DNA from: a virus
IMG/VR virus record: IMGVR_UViG_3300045988_083077
Reading direction: 5' to 3' (one strand)
Length of the DNA stretch: 33,365 nt
The notes under the pieces are model-generated. The model saw only the letters and a list, made by a program, of their open reading frames with translations, ran no database searches and had not been told where the DNA came from. Positions 7,195 through 14,944 of this stretch are shown in pieces (the stretch's first letter is position 1; every line of letters starts with the position of its first letter). The translations under genes were made by a program, and so were the position numbers.

Positions 7195-7196
7195 AT

Positions 7197-7436
7197 ATGA
7201 AAGAAAGAGAAACCTTAAACGAATTCAAGCCAGGCGATTTATTTATATATCGAAATGGCGACAGATACGAAATAGGAAAGGTAAAGGGAATCAAGGATGA
7301 CACACATTGTTGGTGTTGGTATCACGAAGGCGAAACTGCAGCATCGACTTCCGTCGATGTAATGCACAAAATCATGAACGATTTTTGCATAAAGAAAACG
7401 AGCCTTGGTGGTGCAGCTGAAGAGGTGGAAGGATGA
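7197..7436 (+). CDS. Hypothetical protein
   Basis: 79-aa ORF with an RBS (agagagga). It is tightly packed between the methyltransferase and the YopX-like gene. Confidence 0.65.
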   Translation: MKERETLNEFKPGDLFIYRNGDRYEIGKVKGIKDDTHCWCWYHEGETAASTSVDVMHKIMNDFCIKKTSLGGAAEEVEG

Positions 7437-8092
7437 TTCCAAATTTTAGAGTATGGGATAAAAACTTTAAAAGAGTATGTCAGGTAGATTTTATAGACTG
7501 TCAAAGACAAATAGCAACATATCATATTAGCGAATTGGCAATCGTCACAAATCCAATAAAAAAGATTATCTTAATGCAATCAACAGGGTTAAAAGATTTC
7601 AACGGAGTAGAGATATACGAGGGGGACATATTGTTGAGCAAAGCATCGGAAAATCAAGAGGATTGGAAGAAATGGCAAGTACATTATGCAGATGGTCGGT
7701 TTTTAATTGACTACAAGCAAATTCCAAAGGACAAACGAAAACGAACCAACCTTGAACTAGAAGATTTATGCGAAGACAATATATGGCTTTATGGATTAGT
7801 AGTTATCGGCAACATATATGAAAGCACCTATCTAATTGAATCTATATTTGAACAAAGGAGAACCAAAATGTTTATGAATTTACCAAGTAGAGAAGTAGTT
7901 AAACAATTACGCGAGGAATACCCTGAAGGAACCAGGGTTAGGCTCATATCAATGCAGGATCCGTACGCACCACCAAGAGGAACAGAGGGAACTGTACAAG
8001 GGGTAGACGACGCAGGAGCCATCATGGTTGATTGGGACAACGGTAGTGGACTACACATTTTGTATGAAGTTGATTTATGCGAGAAGATATAG
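7433..8092 (+). CDS. YopX-family protein fused to a DUF4314-like C-terminal domain
   Basis: The N-terminal part FRVWDK...LMQSTGLKDFNGVEIYEGDIL...VIGNIYES is YopX-like. The C-terminal part EEYPEGTRVRLISMQDPYAPPRGTEGTVQGVDDAGAIMVDWDNGSGLHIL is DUF4314-like. An internal RBS plus ATG occurs at 7868. Confidence 0.65.
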   Translation: MIPNFRVWDKNFKRVCQVDFIDCQRQIATYHISELAIVTNPIKKIILMQSTGLKDFNGVEIYEGDILLSKASENQEDWKKWQVHYADGRFLIDYKQIPKDKRKRTNLELEDLCEDNIWLYGLVVIGNIYESTYLIESIFEQRRTKMFMNLPSREVVKQLREEYPEGTRVRLISMQDPYAPPRGTEGTVQGVDDAGAIMVDWDNGSGLHILYEVDLCEKI

Positions 8093-8112
8093 CAGTCGAA
8101 GAAAGGGAAACG

Positions 8113-8445
8113 ATGAAAAACGAAAACGAAACAGTGATTTACTTAAGCGGAAAGATAACAGGTCAGGCAAACTATAAAGAACTATTTGAAGAGGCAAAGA
8201 AAGATGCCGAGGACAAATTTCCAGGAGCAACAATAATCAATCCTGCAGAGATTAACCTTCCATCAATCTGCGATTGGGATGACTACATGAGCATTTGCCT
8301 GCGCCTGCTCGATAGAGCATGCATAATCTACATGCTAGACAATTGGTTGGAGAGCAAAGGTGCTCGCAAGGAATATATCACAGCCTTTCAAAAGGGAATA
8401 AAGGTATACTTCCAAACATACAGCAGGAGAATTGAAAATGAATAA
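8113..8445 (+). CDS. DUF4406-like protein (nucleoside 2-deoxyribosyltransferase-like fold)
   Basis: ATG at 8113 is preferred over the track start at 8077. VIYLSGKITGQANYKELFEEA...INPAE...ACIIYMLDNWLESKGARKEY matches the DUF4406 pattern. Confidence 0.55.
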   Translation: MKNENETVIYLSGKITGQANYKELFEEAKKDAEDKFPGATIINPAEINLPSICDWDDYMSICLRLLDRACIIYMLDNWLESKGARKEYITAFQKGIKVYFQTYSRRIENE

Positions 8446-8698
8446 AGAAATAGAGGCCCTTGTAAAAATAGAGCTTGAAGAGGCAAATAAGACACACCCA
8501 CAATTTAACAGCACCCACGAAGGGTACGCAGTCATCTTGGAAGAGACAGAAGAACTCGCCGAGGAGTCGGAAGAAATAGAAAAGATTATAAGGACGTGGT
8601 GGGCATATCTCCGCAAAGACGAAGATATAGACATACAAAAAAGACGAGTTGAAAAAATAAGAATCCATGCGGTCAATGCAGCAAAGGAAGCAATCTAG
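8438..8698 (+). CDS. Hypothetical all-alpha protein with an EExxE motif (weakly MazG-like)
   Basis: ATG at 8438 lies 7 nt after AGGAGA. HEGYAVILEETEELAEE resembles the metal-binding helix of small MazG-type NTP pyrophosphohydrolases. The ORF ends at a TAG that is followed by 11 further in-frame sense codons. Confidence 0.35.
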   Translation: MNKEIEALVKIELEEANKTHPQFNSTHEGYAVILEETEELAEESEEIEKIIRTWWAYLRKDEDIDIQKRRVEKIRIHAVNAAKEAI

Positions 8699-8828
8699 GT
8701 GATTGCGATGTGTGACAAGTTCAAGAATTTATAAAAACCTACATTATATATATAGGAAAAAAGACGAGCTCGTGTGAAGAGCATTGCAGCTCGATAAGAG
8801 TATTAGTAATAGAGGGAAAAAACGAGAG

Positions 8829-9647
8829 ATGGCCAAGATAAAACAAGTAGCTATAAAAGAGACATGCGTAGCAGGAAGAACTATTGAGCATGTCATTAAA
8901 CTTCCATCAGGATGTCATAAAGGAAAGAGGGCGCAAAGAATGAATGCCACACCCGAAAATGTAAAGAAAATAAACGACATCATAGCAGAGCGAAACTTTA
9001 GAAGATTAATCAATCATAATTTTGGATATGGATCAGGACACTACACACTAACATATGGCCATGATGAGCCAACACCTGCAGAGGCAAAGAAGCACCTCAA
9101 GAATTTTTTAAACAGACTCAAGTATGCAATGGGAGACGAGCTAAAGTGGATTGCTGTTACAGAATACGAAAATAAGCGAATCCATCACCATGTTATAATC
9201 AACACTTGCGATGCAGCCCTTATAAACAAGAAATGGGGCAAGGGATGGGTAAAGCCAACACTGTTTGATGACAGTGGGGATTATCACCTACTTGCAAACT
9301 ATTTGATAAAAGAGACACAGAAAACTTTTAGAGATGAAGATTGTCCAACTAAGCGCAGATATTCCTGCAGTCGAAATTTAGAGAAACCGATAGTTAAAAG
9401 AGAGCCAGTAAGTATTGCGGCTCTATTTGACGATCCAAAGGCAATCAAAGGTTATTATATAGCAAAAGACAGCATAAGGAGATACACACATCCTGTAACG
9501 GGACTTGATTACCTGGAATACACTGAGATAGCCTTGGACAAACCAAGAAAGTATAAGGTGTGGCCACGAGGAAAGACGGTCCGTGCAGAGGGACCTATAA
9601 AAATAAGAGAAAGGGAAAAGCAGCTTGGTATTGCCGAGCTCGGTTAG
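8829..9647 (+). CDS. HUH-superfamily Rep-like endonuclease (putative rolling-circle-type replication initiator)
   Basis: ATG at 8829 is preferred. Three ordered motifs are present: HYTLTY (motif 1-like), KRIHHHVIIN (HUH) and LANYLIKE (Y-x-x-K). Confidence 0.5.
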   Translation: MAKIKQVAIKETCVAGRTIEHVIKLPSGCHKGKRAQRMNATPENVKKINDIIAERNFRRLINHNFGYGSGHYTLTYGHDEPTPAEAKKHLKNFLNRLKYAMGDELKWIAVTEYENKRIHHHVIINTCDAALINKKWGKGWVKPTLFDDSGDYHLLANYLIKETQKTFRDEDCPTKRRYSCSRNLEKPIVKREPVSIAALFDDPKAIKGYYIAKDSIRRYTHPVTGLDYLEYTEIALDKPRKYKVWPRGKTVRAEGPIKIREREKQLGIAELG

Positions 9648-9653
9648 TGTGCA

Positions 9654-10043
9654 ATGAGAGATTACCAAAGGCAAAAGAATAACAAGTACAACCTGCCCAC
9701 AGAAGTGTATCATCAAACGGTATGGCAGATTAGAGATTATTATAGGCTCAAAGCAAAGGCGCAGGATATTCTTGACGAATGTGCAAAGCTATCTGACGGA
9801 CAACCACGAGGGACTGACATACAAGACATCGTTGCACAGAAGGTTATCAAAAGAGATGCATTCATCGAAAAGACGAGGGCAATCGAAAAGGCGCTCGACA
9901 CTATCCCATACGAATATCAAAATGGGGTATGGAATAGCATCTTATATTTTGAGAGGTATCCGCGTGATGCAGCAGTAAGCACATATGGATCATACAAGTC
10001 AAAGTTCATCTACAAGACAGCAGAGAACCTTAAATTGATTTAA
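9654..10043 (+). CDS. Putative late-gene transcriptional activator (RinA/ArpU/sigma-region-4-like)
   Basis: 129-aa ORF, the last before the packaging module. Size and position are typical for Gram-positive phage late activators. No strong motif was seen. Confidence 0.35.
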   Translation: MRDYQRQKNNKYNLPTEVYHQTVWQIRDYYRLKAKAQDILDECAKLSDGQPRGTDIQDIVAQKVIKRDAFIEKTRAIEKALDTIPYEYQNGVWNSILYFERYPRDAAVSTYGSYKSKFIYKTAENLKLI

Positions 10044-10176
10044 AATCAAAACTTCGGATACCAGGGAAAAAAAACAGTGTTATCATGATAGTGTGGAGTG
10101 TGACGGGATAAGGGCAACGGCACACCGCAATACATCTCTCAAACTAAAGTGTTTGAAACTCATAATTCACTAAGCA

Positions 10177-10206
10177 AAGGGCAGTTTTATAGCTGCCTTT
10201 TGTTTT
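10177..10206 (+). terminator. Rho-independent terminator-like hairpin upstream of the ParB-methyltransferase gene
   Basis: An aagggcag / ctgccttt stem with an 8-nt loop is followed by a T-rich tail. It lies inside the 5-prime extension of track ORF 10149..11087, which argues that the real start is ATG 10227. Confidence 0.55.
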
Positions 10207-10226
10207 GCTTATTTTCAGGAGAAGAA

Positions 10227-11415
10227 ATGAATTACAAAGAAATAGAAATCAGCAAGCTAATGCCATACGAGAACAATGCAAGAACGCACAGTGAGGCACA
10301 GCTAAATAGAATTGCAGAAAGCATAAGCGAGTTTGGATTCATCAATCCGATACTAATTGACAAGGAATACGGAATTATCGCAGGTCATGGAAGAATGATG
10401 GCAGCAAAACAACTCGGAATAGACAAGGTGCCTTGCTTATTTGTTGAGCATCTAAGTGAGGAACAGAAACGAGCATACATAATCGCAGACAATAAACTCG
10501 CACTAGACGCGGGATGGGATTACGACATACTCGAAAGCGAGATGAAAGCACTGCAGGAGATGGACTTTGATTTAGAGCTAACGGGTTTCACGGAAGATGA
10601 AATCGCAGGCATAATCAAACTAGGAACTGAAGAGGAATACGAGGACGACTTTGACCCTGAAGAGGCACTACCTGAAGAGGCAGTCACAAAGCCAGGAGAC
10701 ATATGGCAGATAGGAGAACATGTACTTGCATGTGGCGATAGTACGAACAACGAGGACATGAAGAGGCTTTTAGATGGCAGGGTGGTAGATTTAATAGTCA
10801 CAGATCCACCATACAATGTGGCATATGAAGGCAAGACAAAGGACAAACTGAAGATTCAAAACGACCATCAATCAACTGACGACTTCACAGCCTTCCTAGA
10901 GGCAGCGTTTAAAAACATGGCAGAATGGCTAAAACCTGGGGGGGGTGGTCTACATATGGCACGCAGACACGATGAGAAAGGCTTTTTTAGATGCAATAGA
11001 GCAGACAGACTTATCAGTACGAGAAGTGCTTGTTTGGGTAAAGAATACGATGGTTCTAGGACGACAAGATTACCATTGGCAGCATGAACCCTGCCTTTAC
11101 GGATGGAAAGAAGGAGCTGCACACTATTTTATCGATGACAGAACGCAGACAACAGTAATGCAGTACGACAAACCTGCAAAGAGCATAGAACATCCAACAA
11201 TGAAACCTATCGAGTTAATTGCAAAACAAATACAGAACAGCAGCAGAACAAACGAGATCGTTTTGGATCCATTTGGTGGAAGTGGCACAACTCTTATAGC
11301 ATGCGAACATCTGAAGAGGAAATGCTTAACCATGGAACTAGATCCAAGGTACTGTGATGTCATCGTAAAAAGATGGGAAGAACTAACGGGACAAAAAGCT
11401 GAAAGGCTAACATAA
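10227..11415 (+). pseudogene. ParB-like N-terminal domain fused to a beta-class N6-adenine/N4-cytosine DNA methyltransferase, split by a +1 frame offset at a G8 tract; either phase-OFF or a pseudogene
   Basis: The ParB/Srx-like part is PYENNARTHS...IIAGHGRMMAAKQLG. Catalytic motif IV is IVTDPPYNV. After the break comes the AdoMet motif VLDPFGGSGTTLIACE. Removing one G from 10938..10945 gives ...EWLKPGGVVYIWHADT... in a continuous frame. Confidence 0.9.
10938..10945 (+). repeat. G8 homopolymer at the junction of the two ParB-methyltransferase ORFs
   Basis: Counted directly: ggg at 10938..10940 plus ggggg at 10941..10945, followed by t. Confidence 0.95.
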
Positions 11416-11435
11416 AATGACGGAAGGAGGGCATT

Positions 11436-11891
11436 ATGGCAAAGGGCAAATATGATGAATGGCGAACCAAGGAAGGATTGTTAAAAATCGAGGGATGGGC
11501 GCGAGATGGACTTATAGATGAGCAGATAGCTCACAACATTGGAATATCGAGGAAAACGCTCAACGAATGGAAAAACAAATATAGTGACATTCGTAACGCC
11601 TTAAAAAAAGGCAAGGAAGTCGTAGACATCGAAGTCGAAAATGCGCTCCTCAAAAATGCACTTGGATATGACTATGAAGAGACAACGATAGAGGTCGATT
11701 CTAAAGGCAAAAAACGAAAGAAGATTATAACCAAGCATGTGCAGGGGGACACCACTGCGCAGATTTTTTGGTTAAGAAACAGAAAACCACACTTGTGGAG
11801 AGATACGCGTAACATCGCGGTAACTGCAGAGGATAGCACCAAACTCGATGCAATTATGACACAGTTGGGCGGTGAGGGCCTTGAAGAGTAA
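11436..11891 (+). CDS. terS: Terminase small subunit
   Basis: 151-aa ORF with a strong RBS (ggaaggagg). It has an HTH-like DEQIAHNIGISRKTLNEWKNKY segment, and TTAQIFWLRNRKPHLWRD is typical of Gram-positive phage small terminases. It lies directly upstream of terL. Confidence 0.8.
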   Translation: MAKGKYDEWRTKEGLLKIEGWARDGLIDEQIAHNIGISRKTLNEWKNKYSDIRNALKKGKEVVDIEVENALLKNALGYDYEETTIEVDSKGKKRKKIITKHVQGDTTAQIFWLRNRKPHLWRDTRNIAVTAEDSTKLDAIMTQLGGEGLEE

Positions 11892-13254
11892 CTTTCCATT
11901 GAGCCAAAAGTATATTGACTTTATCAACACCACAGAGGGGGTAAGTGCTGAGTTTCTAGAGGGGACTACAGCATCGGGAAAGACAACAGTTGGTGCATCT
12001 GTCAAGTTCATGCGAATGGTATCCAAAAGCAATCAAAAATTGCATATACTAGCAAGCACAACAATCGGAACTGCTGAGAAGAATATCATCAACCAGGATA
12101 ACGGAATCCTTGATGTACACAAGAACGCAGAGTACCGTGGAAATGGCGACAAGGAGAACAAACTATCTCACATAAGGTTTGAAGACAAGATTATCTATGT
12201 ATTAGGCTACAACGATGCACAGAAGTGGAAGTTAGCACTTGGAGGACAGTATGGCTGTGTGTTTATAGACGAGATAAACACAGCGAATATGGAATTCGTG
12301 CGAGAGGTATCAGTAAGAAACGAATATCTATTAGCGACACTCAATCCCGACAATCCTGCACTGCCTATATACAAAGAGTTTATAAACCATTCACGGCCGT
12401 TTAAAAAGTATAGAGCAGATGTGCCTGAAGAGATATTAAAAGAACTAGTAGAAACACCAATTCCAGGATGGAGGTATTGGTTTTTTAGTTTTAAAGATAA
12501 TGCAAGCCTCACTGAAGAGGCTATCGAAAAAAAGAAACAATCTGCACCGCCAGGGACAAAGTTATACAAAAACAAGATTCAAGGCTTGCGTGGAAGAGCA
12601 ACGGGCATCGTTTTTATTAACTTTGAGCAAAAGAAACACACCATCAAGGCAAGTTATATAAAAGAGCAAATAGAACGAGGAGAGGTCAAGTTTGCTCGTT
12701 TTACTGCGGGACTAGACACAGCTTACTCAAGCAAGAGCCCTGATACGATTTCGATGATATTTCAGGGCATAACAACAAAGGGTGTATTGATAACACTCGA
12801 TGAAGAGGTATACAACAACGCATCAGTAGACATACCAATCGCACCATCGGACACAGCAGAACGATTTGTAAAATTCCTCGAAAAGAACCGAAAGGAATGG
12901 GGGTTTGCTAAAGATGTGTTTGTGGACAGTGCGGACCAGGCAACATTGACGGAACTGAACAAATACAAGCGAACAAACGGAAGCATATATAACTTCATCG
13001 GTTCGTATAAAAAGACAAAGATTATAGACCGAATCAATCTGCAAATCGGATGGATAGCAAAGGGTTTATATCTTGTCTGCGACCACTGTATAGAACACTT
13101 AAAAGAGATAGACACATACAGTTGGGACGATAAGAAAGACATGCCTGAAGATGGAAACGACCACACAATCAATGCATCGCAGTATGCGTGGTTGCCATAC
13201 AAGGAAATCATCGGAAAGGAAGAAAGACAAAGTGGGATTGATGAATATGATTAA
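11872..13254 (+). CDS. terL: Terminase large subunit
   Basis: 460-aa ORF. Walker A-like GTTASGKTT and Walker B-like CVFIDEIN are present, with a C-terminal nuclease-type region. The GTG start overlaps the end of terS. Confidence 0.9.
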   Translation: MRALKSNFPLSQKYIDFINTTEGVSAEFLEGTTASGKTTVGASVKFMRMVSKSNQKLHILASTTIGTAEKNIINQDNGILDVHKNAEYRGNGDKENKLSHIRFEDKIIYVLGYNDAQKWKLALGGQYGCVFIDEINTANMEFVREVSVRNEYLLATLNPDNPALPIYKEFINHSRPFKKYRADVPEEILKELVETPIPGWRYWFFSFKDNASLTEEAIEKKKQSAPPGTKLYKNKIQGLRGRATGIVFINFEQKKHTIKASYIKEQIERGEVKFARFTAGLDTAYSSKSPDTISMIFQGITTKGVLITLDEEVYNNASVDIPIAPSDTAERFVKFLEKNRKEWGFAKDVFVDSADQATLTELNKYKRTNGSIYNFIGSYKKTKIIDRINLQIGWIAKGLYLVCDHCIEHLKEIDTYSWDDKKDMPEDGNDHTINASQYAWLPYKEIIGKEERQSGIDEYD

Positions 13255-14716
13255 AAATAGCTTAAGAAACTTTTTAGAAATCGAAGATGCAATGCCTGGA
13301 GTAATCAGGATAACTGCTGCAATGACATTTGAGGACAATGCGGCAAAGAACCGCATATGGTACAGAGGTGATGCATACGAGCTATCGCAACTATACACAC
13401 AGATTGCCACACCTAATGCAAGCGTGTCGTTTTGGGGAGCAAGGTCAACACCAGGGATGGAAATAAAAAGAGTACACACAGGACTGCCTGGTCTTATTGT
13501 GGACATGCTAACGAGCATTACTTTGACGGATCTAAACGCAATCGAAATCAAATCAAAAGACATCGAGGATAGATGGGAGCAAATAGCTGCGGAGAATAAC
13601 ATCAAGGAGGTACTCAAAGAGGCAACCAAAGAGGCGCTGTACATAGGCGATGGGGTATTCAAGATAGGGTTCGATCCTAAAATAAGCAAATTGCCAATCG
13701 TCGAGTGGGTGCCAGGGGACAGAGTGGAACTAATATTTAATCGCAAGCGACTCAAAGAGGTGATTGTAAAGACATTCTTTACAGAAGAAAGACACAACTA
13801 CACACTCATAGAGCGATATGGCTATGGTTATCTGAAAAACGAGTTATATCGCAATGAACAAACGGTAGATTTAAATAGCACGCAGTTCACGAGCACACTG
13901 TCGGATTACAAATTCGACGAAAACCTCATACTTGCTGTGCCTTTTAACATCTATGGCTCAAGCAAGTGGGAAGGAAGAGGACAGTCTATTTTTGACCGTA
14001 AAACAGACAGCTTTGATAGTTTGGATGAGGCATGGTCGCAATGGATGGATGCGTTAAGAGCGGGCAGGACAAGGGAGTATATTCCTGAATGCTTTTTGCC
14101 ACGCGATCCAAATACGGGCATGGTGATGAAACCTAACGCATTTGATAATCGCTTTATAAAGACCGACACAGACAACCGCGAGGGGGCGTCAAACAAGATA
14201 GAAATTGAACAGCCTGCAATTCCACACGATAGCTATTTGTCAACATACATCACAGCACTAGATCTAGCACTGCAAGGAATAGTCAGTCCGTCGACGCTTG
14301 GAATCGATGTTAAAAAGCTAGACAATGCAGAGGCACAGCGCGAAAAGGAAAAGGCGACACTATATACACGAGACGCAATCATTGAGGCACTGTCATCGTG
14401 CATACCAAAACTCGTCAATATGACAATTAACGCGGCTGCAGTGATGGAAAAGAAACCATTTGAAGAGGTGGAAGTCACAATCACATTTGGTGAATACGCA
14501 AATCCGTCATTTGAGTCGCAGGTGGAAACTATCGCAAAGGCAAAGTCAGGAGGCATTCTAAGTATAGAGGCAACAATCGAGGAACTATATGGCGATTCCA
14601 AAACAGAGGAATGGAAAGCACAAGAGGTGCAGAGGCTAAAAGCCGAGCAAGGGTTCATCGAACTAGACGAACCATCTGCAAACGAATCGCTTGATGGATT
14701 TGCAATAGAGGATTAA
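13241..14716 (+). CDS. Portal protein (SPP1 gp6-like)
   Basis: Long ORF immediately after terL. ATG 13241 (or 13247) is preferred over the track start at 13151, which lies deep inside terL. Size is about 490 aa. Confidence 0.85.
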   Translation: MNMIKNSLRNFLEIEDAMPGVIRITAAMTFEDNAAKNRIWYRGDAYELSQLYTQIATPNASVSFWGARSTPGMEIKRVHTGLPGLIVDMLTSITLTDLNAIEIKSKDIEDRWEQIAAENNIKEVLKEATKEALYIGDGVFKIGFDPKISKLPIVEWVPGDRVELIFNRKRLKEVIVKTFFTEERHNYTLIERYGYGYLKNELYRNEQTVDLNSTQFTSTLSDYKFDENLILAVPFNIYGSSKWEGRGQSIFDRKTDSFDSLDEAWSQWMDALRAGRTREYIPECFLPRDPNTGMVMKPNAFDNRFIKTDTDNREGASNKIEIEQPAIPHDSYLSTYITALDLALQGIVSPSTLGIDVKKLDNAEAQREKEKATLYTRDAIIEALSSCIPKLVNMTINAAAVMEKKPFEEVEVTITFGEYANPSFESQVETIAKAKSGGILSIEATIEELYGDSKTEEWKAQEVQRLKAEQGFIELDEPSANESLDGFAIED

Positions 14717-14719
14717 ACG

Positions 14720-14944
14720 ATGGTAATCGTACACATACTAAAGCGCGTATACCAAATGAGAAATGCAGAGGCAGAGGGATTGCTAAAGATAGCGTCCGAT
14801 TCTGTCTCTTTTGGTATTTACGCAGTCAGGAAGGACAATCAAATCCAAATGCTCAACATTAAATGCGAGAGCAAAACACAGCTCAAAGCAGAGATAAGGG
14901 CATGGAAGAGGCAAGGATACAAGGTATACAGCAATGGACTATGA
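14720..14944 (+). CDS. Hypothetical small protein between the portal and MuF genes
   Basis: 74-aa ORF with an RBS (agagga). It overlaps the next gene start. Confidence 0.6.
   Translation: MVIVHILKRVYQMRNAEAEGLLKIASDSVSFGIYAVRKDNQIQMLNIKCESKTQLKAEIRAWKRQGYKVYSNGL

Noticed and set aside
10149-10226. 5-prime extension of the ParB-methyltransferase ORF in the track (start at 10149).
   Set aside because: The extension runs through a terminator-like hairpin (10177..10206). A well-placed RBS plus ATG at 10227 begins the conserved ParB-domain sequence.
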